Shown: piece after piece, positions 37,521 to 48,626 of the stretch
How the letters are laid out: every line of letters begins with the position of its first letter
Numbering within the stretch: position 1 is the first letter of the stretch
DNA from: Sminthopsis crassicaudata
Lineage: Eukaryota
Length of the DNA stretch: 64,000 nt
NCBI RefSeq assembly: GCF_048593235.1
Contig: NC_133619.1
Span: 24,504,454-24,568,453, forward strand
Reading direction: 5' to 3'
Program-made: the position numbers and the translations under genes
Notes under the pieces: model-generated
Database searches by the model: none
What the model was told of the DNA's origin: nothing
The model's input: the letters and a program-made list of their open reading frames with translations, nothing else

Positions 37521-38787
37521 ACTGGAGTTTCCTATTTATTACACATTCTGAAATAGCCTTTGTTTAAAATAAAACTGAGTAGAATTATATGTTTTGATCT
37601 GCTAGGGATGACTTAAAGGAAGCATGACAAGTATCTTAATGATATGTACAAATAATGTGTGGAATCTAGGAACCATCCATCTTTGAAGGAGATTAATCAC
37701 TGCAAATATTTCCTCCGTATATTCACTGCCTGCTACAGGATTATAAGGGATACACATGTTTTGAAATTCTTGTTTCTCAGACACACAAATTCATAATCTA
37801 ACAAATGTCAGAAGCAAGATTTTAATTCAAGAACTGTTGAATACAACTTGAGGTTTCTTCCACTATGCCATGCTTCTATTTCATGCAAATCCCTTAATCT
37901 CAATACTAATATCTATTACAACTTCAATTTTCCCTATGGAAGATTTAAAAGAATTACAATTCCATACCACTGTAAAATGTTACTAAGTAAAATACTACGT
38001 ATGTGAACATCCATTCAGGCATGAGAATTGATAACCCCATATAGCTTTTTCAAAGAGTTACTTAATGGTATTAATCAATTAATTTATTCAGATATCAATT
38101 TATGTCTTGCTAGAATAAAGAAACACTAAATGATTATGGACAGCAATGAATGAACCTCTGTCTTTGATGAAATAGAAAAACTGAACTCCTCAAATGAATG
38201 CTTCATGTACCTTTGGTTAAGCCATAAGGATAGAGCTTTTTCTGTATACAATAAGCCTTCTGGCTTTTAAGGGATATCAGTCATCTGTAATCCTCAGAAA
38301 TTGTTTCATCCATCAAATGTTGAGTAAACTCAACAGGCACTAAGTCTTTTTTATACTCTATAGAAAGTCAAGTGAAAACTGGTGCTAAATATATGTCCCT
38401 CCTGACTCCTACGTGAGGAGTCATAGGAACATAGATTTAGAGCTAAAAGAGATCTGAGGCTATCTAGTCCAACCCGTCTCTTCTTAAAGATGAATTAACA
38501 GAGCTCTATGATATCTAAAGGGATTGCCTGGAGTCACATTGATGGAAAGTGCCAGAAAAAGGATCTGACCCCAGATGTCTGATTGCAGAGTTATTGCTCA
38601 TGTGTTATATTACATAGGAAACTCTAGATTCTATTACTGAAGCTTCAGTAACAGGAGGGGAGAAGTTCCTCTGTAAATATATCCCAAAATTGTTGAGAGA
38701 TAGAGAGTTTAATAGAGGTTAAATATCATTGATTCACTTAAATGAATGTCATACCTATCAAACTGATGAGGCATGCAAATGGAAGCA

Positions 38788-38838
<51 letters not shown>

Positions 38839-39125
38839 AAACACACACACCCAAATGGCAAAGATAAACAAAAAAGCAAAATAGTGATTGAGAGGTTGAA
38901 GAAAAATATTCATTGTATCATGCATTATCCCAGTCATTCCCAAAATAATTTCAAATGTGAGAAAATTCACTAAGCTTTGTACTCTTGATCCATGAATATT
39001 GAACATCTCCTCTCACCATCACTATAATCATTATCGTCCTTCTCCTCTTCCTCCTGTAGAAGCTATTTCTCCCCCTCACCTCACACCATTGCTTTGGAAC
39101 AGGTTATCCTATTATCCTAGTAGCT

Positions 39126-40020
39126 CTATTGTGAAGAAGGGATCTGAAAAAGACCCCCAAACTCTCTATGGCCAATGAAAAGCTAAAGAAGGAATCCAGA
39201 CTAGGAACGTTGATTTGAAGATGGCAGGGCAAGATGGTTCATTGGTGCAATTTAAGAGGCACATACCACGTAGTAAACTAATGAAAACCTACTATGAATA
39301 ACAGGGTTTGTCAATGGGGCAGATGAGAGTCTGATTTGATGAATAACCAATCAATGAAATAGAAACAGTACACAATTGGAAATGAGGATAAAGGTAAAAT
39401 TGATATATTTCAGGAACTAAAAAGAGAATCTGCAACTCTATGCCAGAACTGTGCTCCCAAGGAAAATGATAGATTTACAATGAGATATCTGGATTGGGTT
39501 CTTCCCCATCCTGATTAGTGCAATAAAGATTTCTCTCTTCTTTGATTCAATTCCCCCATTTTTAAATTGTTCATAAAATAACTAGTATGTGTGCATAGGC
39601 ATAATGCATTATTTTAAACTAAATGGCCAGTGGTATGTTTTGATAAACATCAGATGGGGAGCAGAAAAACAAATTGGTTCTGTGAAAATATCTCTTTTCT
39701 TCATTAGTGGAATGATCATTCAACTTTTTATTTTTTATGTTTCAGTAAGTTAGATTGCTCTCAACGGTTTAACAGCAGCAATAACACACACATATCCTTG
39801 GATATCTTATTTGATTAGAAAATTTCAAGTTTTTTTTTTATATATATATAATTATAAAACCAATAAGGTGTTCCATGACTTTTTTTTTCCACATAGAATT
39901 TACATGTAGGGAAATCTCTGTCTTTCAAAAGAGATAAATTATTATAAAGAAATTAATTTTAGTTTCCCCTTCAAGCCCAAACTTTTGCTATTTAAATAAA
40001 ATTCTTATTTATTTTTTTAA
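39126..40020 (+). pseudogene. SUMO2: SUMO2 processed pseudogene, full-length mRNA copy
   Basis: Intronless. ATG at 39168 gives [51 protein letters not shown], compared with SUMO2 [69 protein letters not shown]. The ~600-nt downstream resembles the recalled SUMO2 3'UTR, ending in AATAAA at 39995-40000. Frameshifts and at least 3 stops. Confidence 0.95.
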
Positions 40021-40185
40021 AGAATATAATGAAGTAATATTGTGCCTTTGGGAACAACAATGAAAAGATGGGAAGATTTGTATGAAATAACGCAGAAGGA
40101 AAAAAGTAGAAAAAGGAAAACTATATTTATTGTGACTAAAAAGTTACAGAACTTAGACAAATACATCCTTTCTTCTTGATTTCAG

Positions 40186-40252
40186 AGGCCTAACAACACA
40201 ACATGCCATTGTGAATTATAGAAGCCAAACGCTGTATGTGCTGTCGCACACG
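40186..40252 (+). CDS. Candidate 67-nt internal coding exon (xGLTTQHAIVNYRSQTLYVLSHT), gene unidentified
   Basis: Acceptor 'catcctttcttcttgatttcag', donor ACG|GTATGC, exactly one open frame, 3 CpGs in 67 nt in a CpG-depleted background, TGCATG immediately downstream. Confidence 0.5.
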
Positions 40253-40688
40253 GTATGCATGTATTCATTTGTTTTGCAGAAGTATTTGTGTATTATAAAG
40301 GTAGTTATGGGAAAATGATAGAGAGTATAATTGTTGGAAAGAAGTGATGTAAAAGACATAAAAAATCTTATATGAAATATATAATTCAGCTATCTTTCTC
40401 AATCTTCTCCACATAAAATCACTTGAATTTTGCTCTTCAATATCCAAGCCTCTAAGATTTATAAGTCTGCCCATAAGAGTACTCCATATAATTTCCAGCC
40501 CCTTCCAGACTTTTCAAATACTATTAGAACGGTCCCTTTCAAGTCTCTCTTATCAGAACTGGTCACCTCGGTTTCTGGAACTGCTTTTTTTTTTGTCTTT
40601 GTTCATTAGAATTTAAACTCTGTAAGAGCAGGAATAATCTCACTTACTTTTACTTGAATCTGTAGAGTTTAGATCCATACCTGGTGGA

Positions 40689-40736
<48 letters not shown>

Positions 40737-41031
40737 TGCTATTGACTTACACTACAATGTACTCTGCATATAAACTAAATATCATTATCATTTTTAACAA
40801 AATATTGTATAGTAGAGAAATGATCTTTTTTGAATTATTTTAATGTAAAATCAAGAAACCTGAAATAGTGATAAATATTCATGTGTACACATGCATGTGT
40901 TTACATACACATATGTATGTATGTGTGATATGTGTACACACAAATATACAACATGCAATTCTACATGTGTATATAATATATACATATATGTCGATATATA
41001 ACTATATATAATGACACGTCATACCTTTAAT

Positions 41032-41063
<32 letters not shown>

Positions 41064-41244
41064 GTCTTTGTGTATATGGCAATTAACCATGAATGCCCAA
41101 GTTCTCACAAATAGTTTTAATTAGTGCCACATTTACTCATCCAAACCAAGACATAGTTTTATCCTTCTCATTGAATAGCTTGCCTCTATAATCAATGCTA
41201 CTTTTTATTCTTTCTTCCAATGAAGACTAGTGGTTAATCTTCAT

Positions 41245-41247
<3 letters not shown>

Positions 41248-41312
<65 letters not shown>
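41248..41312. repeat. (TA)n microsatellite
   Basis: About 32 TA units. Another of ~41 units at 46697-46779 and a shorter one at ~40696-40731. Confidence 0.98.
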
Positions 41313-41316
<4 letters not shown>

Positions 41317-43347
41317 CATAAAAAAGGTCTGCATTAGGTACCATTCTGCAAAGGTTTTTCTTTATTGCTCATTACTCCTCACTCATTCAACATTTTTAGA
41401 ACCCAAAGCTGAAGTTATCTGTGTTTAACCATGTATGCCAGTCTTGCCTTTCCTAAAGAGAAACTAAATGAATAGATATCTACTGGTTCATTTCTTTTCC
41501 ATATCTCATAATACTCATACATGAAAAAGATGAACCCCTGCTATGCTGAGTGTCAAAATATTCTTGAGGCAATAAAAAGTCTGAGACTTAAAGTTTCTAG
41601 AAAACACAATGAGTACAATGTGCTTTCTAGGGATAAGGATAGATACAGCTAGAATACAAGCTAGAGAAAGCATACAATAAGGAAATAGTCATGAGAGTTT
41701 GGGAAGTAAAAAAGACAAGGGATGATGATACAAGAAGGAACCAAAGTGTTGAAGAAATGTATGGAATCCCAAAAGTAATCTAGACAAACCAACCAGAAAA
41801 AAATCACTTAAAATTAGTCATTCACTTATTTTTCTAGAGCACCCCAAGGCAAAGGGCTTTGTTACTTCCTGGACAGATGATTTCACTATTACATAGCTCC
41901 AATTTCCCTTATTTGAACTCAAAATTCTGCTTCTTATCAACTGCCCAGCCCCAATCACAGCTTCTTTTTCTGCTTTCTTGGAACAAAGAAGTCTTATTGC
42001 TCCTTTTATCAAACAGCCCTTAAAACAAGGGAAAATTGAGGCAATTAATGAATTTACTAACCACTTTGGTTTGTTTGAGCTCCCTTACTATGCAGAGAAA
42101 GCTGGACTGACCTGGAAATCAGAATCAGGTAATAAGAAGGCAGACTAAGTATCCCACAAGATTCACAATAATTATCAGATGAACACAGAACCTCTTCTGC
42201 TGTGACGGGAATTACAGGACTGGATTAAGCTTGCACAGATATTCTAAATTAGGGTTACTTCCTTGATTTTGGCTTTATGATCTCTCTCACTTAATGTTTT
42301 TTTTTGAGCTCAATTATGATTGCAGGAAATTGTGTATGCTCCAACATGAAAGAAATAAAGCATGCATGCAACCTAATTCTGTTTGTCCTTCTTAGACAGG
42401 ATTCTGAAGTTGACATATGTCCTCTTCTGCAAACTCGAATGCCCATTTCCTGAAATGGATCCATTAGGACATATTTTCTGCTCTCCATCCTGAGTATCCT
42501 CTTCTGTATGGGAAGAATTCCCTGAAGCTTGGGATCTTGAAATATAGCCTTTAAAAGTTGGTGACAGCCTCCAGAGAAATGTGCTCCAGCTCAGGCTGTA
42601 TCAGGCATTCATGTATTTCATCTCATCTAAGAGTGGTATTTGAGCAGAGTGGAGATGAGTTGAAAAGCTCTAGACTCCTACAATTGTGGGGGAGGCTGTT
42701 TGTTTTTTAAACAGAACAATATTAGTGAAAAAATAATTTCTTCCCCATCTCCTTCTCTCCAACCTTTCTTCTGGTCTCTTCCTAATCTAAAACTACCTTC
42801 TGTATTAACCTTTCCTAACTCTTCTAATTTCTAATTTTTCTCTGACCTAAAAATGCCTTGTATTTAACTAATATGTAATATAAACTAATGTTTAATGTAT
42901 ATATTTACTTTATATTTAGGCCTCTGTGCATCTTTATATTTGTTCTTTTTTTGCTTCTTCCTTTAGAATAGAAATTCCCTACAAATAAGAGCAACTAGGT
43001 GATAGAGCACTGAGCTTAAAATCAGGAAGCCCTGAGTTAAAAATCTTTCTTCAAACAATTACTAGCTGTACAAACCACAGCAAATCACTTAATTTCACTC
43101 GCTTTAATTTCCTCATCTATTAAGTGAAATAGAGATGGAAATAGTAAATCACTCTTTACCAAGAAAACCCCAAAAGCCATCATGAAGAGTCAGACACAAT
43201 TGAAAATGACTAAACTACAACCACAATTCCTGCCAATGAGGATGTACCATTGTTTGTAATTGTATCCCCAGTCACTAGCACAATGTCTGGTACAGAGTTG
43301 CGTTTTTATTTTGCTTGAAGATTCATCATTCCTTAAGAATCGCTGCT

Positions 43348-43482
43348 CTGAGGACACCTAGATGTAGTTGATGGAGGATGGGTCCTGAAGTCAAGAAAAC
43401 CTCAATTCAGACACTTGTCAATTCTTATCTGTTGTGACCCTGGGCTAGTCACTTAACCTTAATTGCCTCACCAAAAAAAAAA
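43348..43482 (+). mobile_element. WSINE1-like short CORE-SINE with A tail
   Basis: 'gtgaccctgggctagtcacttaaccttaattgcctcaccaaaaaaaaaa'. Confidence 0.7.
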
Positions 43483-43549
43483 GTAAAAATAGAAACATTG
43501 CATTATAGATTTATATCTAAAATTATCTGAGACACCATTGAAAAGAGTT

Positions 43550-43739
43550 ACTTAATTTTGTATGTGTCTCATGAACTCCTTGGAAAATCTGGTGAAAACT
43601 ACACGTTTTGATTCATAAAATAAAAAGTATTATATAGAATTGCACATATAGCATTAAAATGCTAACCAATTATTTTGAAATATAATTATCAAAATGTTAA
43701 AACCAAAAATTTCATAGGTTCCAGGTAAAGAACCCCTGA
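43550..43739 (+). mobile_element. Old hAT-Charlie-type MITE
   Basis: 'tgtgtctcatgaactccttggaaaatctggtgaaaac...aaccaattattttgaaatata...ccaggtaaagaacccctg' ends in a CCCCTG hAT terminus. Confidence 0.7.
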
Positions 43740-44743
43740 ATTCAATAAGTACCCAAATTTTATAGATGAATAAGTTGAGACATTATACCCAAGATCTCAG
43801 AGGGAGTAAATATTAAACAATGATCACATGCTTCATTTTGGGCACTGTGCCACATAATGGACAATATAATTATAATGAAGAAATGAAGCTTATATTTAGG
43901 AAATTGCTTTAATGTCCTCCTATACCAAATACTTAAACAAGTGTTTTAGGTTTGCCAAGTATTTTACAAAGATTACCTTATTTTTTGTTGTCTAATTGTT
44001 CTTCAATCATTTTCAATTCTTTGTAACTTTGGGTTTTCTTGGCAAATATATTTTAGTGGTTTACAATTTTCTTCTACTGTTTTACAGGTGAGAAAACTAA
44101 AGAAAACAAGATTAAAACAATATGCCCAGAATCACACAGCTGGCAAGTGACTAAGGCCAGATTTGAACTCAGCAAGATGGATTCTTCCAGATTCTTGGCA
44201 CTCTGCCTACTGTGCCACCTAAGTGTCCCTATCTTATTCTTCAGAATAACATCTATCCATTACAAGTGATCTGTAATATGTAATAACACTTTGAAGGGAT
44301 TGTTATTATTACCCTAATTTAATGGATAACAAAACTGAAGCTGAGTCATTTTCTCAGGAGCAGATGATGATTAAGTGTTCAAGAGAGGATCCGAGTTCAT
44401 GTCTGCCTGGCTCCACATCTAACATTCAATTCCATAAACTATATTGGATCTGTCATTCCCTCCAGGTCTTCTTATTCCAAACCTAGTTCTCCTTCTATTA
44501 TGGGAGTCAAATATGGAGTAGAATGAAGAAAGAGAGAAAAAGATGGAGTATCCTATTCAAAGAAGAGCAAGAAGGTCAATGTTATTGGACTAAATATCTC
44601 AGGATGCAAGGAAATATATTATGAACAAGATATTCAGGCTTCCCAAAACATGACCAAAACAAGACAGAGAAAGATCAAGAACTTGACTTTTTCTTTCCCC
44701 ACACAGATCATAAATTATTTAAGGGCAGGAATTAGGGGTAGGG

Positions 44744-44806
<63 letters not shown>

Positions 44807-44879
44807 TGTGTGTGTGTGTGTGTGTAATAAATAGATAATCCCTCAGGATCCAAAAGAGTATTGAACCCTTAGAAGACAC

Positions 44880-45560
44880 TCAAAAAATATTCCTTGAAAA
44901 TATGATCAAACCTCCAGAAAACTATGTATACCTTTTGACCCAGCAGTAGTACCACTGCCAATATATGGCCTAAAGACATCCAAAATGATTTGTGCAAAAA
45001 AAAAATTGTTAGCTGTTCTTTTATGGTGGCTAAGAATTAGAAATTGAATAGATGTCCATCAATTGGAGAATAGCTAAACAAACTGATGTATGATTGTAAT
45101 GGAATATTATCGTGCTATAAGAAATGAGAAACAAGATGATTTTATAAAAAACTAGAAAGACTTACGTGAACTTATGCAAAGTAAAGTGAGCAAAACCAGG
45201 AGAATATTGTACACAAGAATAACAATATTGCATGATGAAGAATTATGAATGATTTAATTGTTCTCAGCAACACTATGACCCACAATAATTCCAAAAGACT
45301 CATGATGAAGCATGCTGGCCACTTTCAGAGAAAGAAATTATATTGTCTGAATTTTTACTTTCTTTTTTTTTCATTTTATATTTGAGTCTTTGTGGAAAAT
45401 GATTAAAATGAAAATGTTTTACTTGATTGTACATGTATATCCTTTATCAGATTGTTTACCATCTCAGGGAGAGATATAATGGAGGGAGGGAAAGAATTTG
45501 GAACTCAATGTTTTTCAATTTTTTTCAAATATATTTTAACATCTAATTGAGGAAAATAAA
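44880..45560 (+). mobile_element. Old L1 3' end
   Basis: 'ctgttcttttatggtggctaagaattagaaattgaatagatgtccatcaattggagaatagctaaacaaactg' followed by the 3'UTR. Confidence 0.88.
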
Positions 45561-46259
45561 ATTTTGCATTAATTTTTAAATATCATAAAATATTCCTTAA
45601 AAGAACAAATTCAAATACTATTTTCATGTTGAGTATAACAGAATAAATATACATTGCCAAGCAATTTGCCTGAGAGAAGCTATTAAAATCGAGAAAGAAC
45701 TGTATTTCTTTGTTGTCAAATTATTTAACTAAAGTGGCTTCATTAAGTATGATTATACAAAAGGTGTACTATCCACTCCAAACTGCATTTTCCTTCCTGT
45801 TTTCATTTTGCTTTATTAATACTCTGTATTATGATTTTGGACCATTGCATTATTTATAAGGAAGATATGTTTAATATTTTCATCATCAAAGTACTGCATT
45901 AAAAACAGATAATTTTACACTTATACACATAAACATACAAATTTGTGGTATTCATATGCTTGGTGCTTTCTGGGAGGCTACTTTCTGATAAATAATAGGT
46001 ACCTAAAAAGTACAAATCTAGCTTGCTATTAAAGTGGATATTCAGAGGGCTATATCTGAAAGACTAAGATACAAGGAATGGAATGGAATCCAGAGAGGAT
46101 GTCTGAAGCAGAGTAAGCATGTCGGTACAAATCAGCCCCTGTGGCTCAGGTCAACAAAAGCTAAACATTATTTTGACACATGTAGAATTCATTGGAGGCT
46201 TCTTTTCCCTCCCCTCTGGTCATTCTCTGCCACATCAAGTCATACAGCCCAAACAAATA

Positions 46260-46694
46260 ACATTTCAGGGGTCTGAAAGATGTGACCAATACATTGTCTA
46301 AGCCACAGTCAGTAATCTTTGAAAGGTTCAGGAGATGGGGGAAGATGAAAGCACAGATTAAAGAAGGACAGTTGCTGTTGTGATTTTTTTAACTGAAAAA
46401 AAAAAAAAAGAAGAAGAAGAGAATAGAATCTGCAAACAATAGAACAGTAAGCTTGATTTTGATTCCTGGAAAAATACTAGAACCTGCTATGAAAAAAATA
46501 ACTGCTATAAAAAAGGTGACTATAAAGAGGAAATGTGACTTCACCAAGAATAGTCCACGTAGGACTGGTTCTGCTTTGTGCATCCATCAAGTCTTTTAAA
46601 ACATCATCAGTCTTTTTAAATCATAATTCATCAGTATAATAATCAGTGTTTTTTTTTTTCAGAGAGAATAAAGTCCATAGAAGCATATAATAAG

Positions 46695-46781
<87 letters not shown>

Positions 46782-47520
46782 TGGATGAACTAAAACTTTG
46801 ACAAACAATATGTCATGAATGTCATGACAGATAGGATAGTTTTATAATAAGAAAGACTTGAATCCAAGTCTTCTGGGAAAGGCCCACAAAGTGCCCCCAA
46901 GGAATTCTTTAAATTCTTAAGATGCAAAAGAATTGTGGATTTTTTTTTTGAGAAGGGGGTTCCCTAAATCAATGAAATCATAAATATGAACAATAAAAAC
47001 AAAATGTATGCTTGGATTGAAAGCATTGTCTTCATATGTACAAGCTCAGGAAGGCATAGTTAGAGAGGTCATCTGAAAAACGTGTGAAGCTTCTAAGACC
47101 TACATTATGACATAATGATGTGGAGGCAACTAAGAAAACTAAAAAAAATGATGAACTGAGATTCAGGATTCAAGAGCAAATAGCCACACTGGGATTCATT
47201 TTGATTAGATCATATCTGGAATATTGTGATTATTTCTATAAACCATATTTTAGAGAAAACAAAATAAATTGACAAACTAGAGAGCATCCAATAGAATAAA
47301 ACCACAAAGACTAAGGGCACTTGAGGCTATAATACAAGGATCATGTGAAGGGACAAAAATCTTCAGTTTGTAGATGTTTATATGTTCTAAAACTGTCATT
47401 AAGCAGTTGAAAATGTGTTGCATAGGAAAGGGATTAAGTTGATCCCAGAGGCCCGAACTAGGAGCATTAGTAGAGAGGACTAAAAGGACTAAAATTTAAA
47501 TTTGATGTCAGGAAAAACTT
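46260..47520 (+). mobile_element. CR1/L3 LINE fragments, interrupted by (TA)n
   Basis: 'cagtcagtaatctttgaaag', 'ttgattcctggaaaaatactagaac', 'ttcaccaagaatag', 'gacaaactagagagcatcca'. Confidence 0.75.
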
Positions 47521-47949
47521 CATAATAATATTAATAGCCATCATTTTTATAGTGTTATAACACTTGTTTTTAACTTGTTAACTCATTTTGTTTTCAAAAA
47601 AGTCCTCTTGTGTTAGTTGCTCTTATTATTGCCATTTTGCAGCTAAAGAATTTCAAATAGAAGATTTCCTATAAAGGCAGAATGATTTTGACAAGTAATT
47701 TGAAAAAAGGCTTTTGTTCAGGGATGGGTCACATGAGATGACCTCTGAGATTTTTTACAAGTCACCAGTTTGTTATTCTCTGAGCTACTGAAGGTTTTGT
47801 TTGTTTGTTTGTTTGGTTTTGGTTTTGGTTTTTCAGCAACACAGTAATAAGACAAAATACTATTTTTAGCAAGACCGTGACATGATCAAAATATTAAAAG
47901 ATTACGTTGACATTTGGATAAAAATTCAAGTTATATAAAGTTAAATTCA

Positions 47950-48600
47950 GGGAACCCGATTAGGAGGCTGTTGAAGTAGTACAGGTATGATAGGTTTGAG
48001 CCTTAGTGATATGGACTTGAAGGCTGAAATAAAAATAGAAGAGAAGGGATTTATTTGAGATAAATCAAAAAAGAAGAATCGGCAGGACTTTGTAATATTT
48101 CTTTTTCTGGTCACATCAAGAAGTAGAAAGAATTCAAAAATGACTTCCAAACTTTGAACCTGGTAACTATAGGAATAATTGTGTCATTCACAGTTAGGAT
48201 TGCAGTTGATTTAGTAAGAAATGTGATCAGTTCATTTTTATTAATACTGAATTGGAACTAATGGTAGTATAGTGATGTGGTAATATCCAGCAAGTAGCTA
48301 TAAATGAAATGTAGAATGGTTAGGAGTAAAGGATACATATGTTGAAAGAAACAGGGCAAAGGGGAGATTTAAATCTCAGTGAGGAAATGATATTTTTCAG
48401 AAAAAAGAGTGTAGAAGCTAACAGAATTAACCTTAGCAAATGCTTACATGTGGAAACGATCCAATGAATAGACAGAGAAGGTGCAGGTGAAGAGCTGTGA
48501 TGGACATGCAACTCATAAAAAGGAGAGCATCACAATAGAGGGAGTCTCACCATTGTCAAATGCCATGAAGCATTGTATTGAAAAAAACAATATTAGATTT
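47950..48600 (-). mobile_element. L2 fragment; similar L2(-) sequence continues at ~52330-53060 and ~54200-54900
   Basis: Purine-rich L2-antisense motifs 'attaggaggctgttgaagtagtacagg', 'aaaatgacttccaaactttgaacctgg' and 'accattgtcaaatgccatg'. Confidence 0.65.
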
Positions 48601-48626
48601 ATATGGCCCAGGGGTGGAAGGATGGT

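Noticed and set aside
42590-42600. In-frame TGA as selenocysteine or readthrough
   Set aside because: The context matches no known selenoprotein, no SECIS-like hairpin was recognised, and it lacks the TGA-CTAG readthrough context.
28725-44838. ORFs rich in CV/HT/YI/SL repeats (28725, 32685, 32898, 34210, 38758, 38773, 44650)
   Set aside because: They are translations of (TG)n/(CA)n/(TA)n/(CT)n microsatellites.
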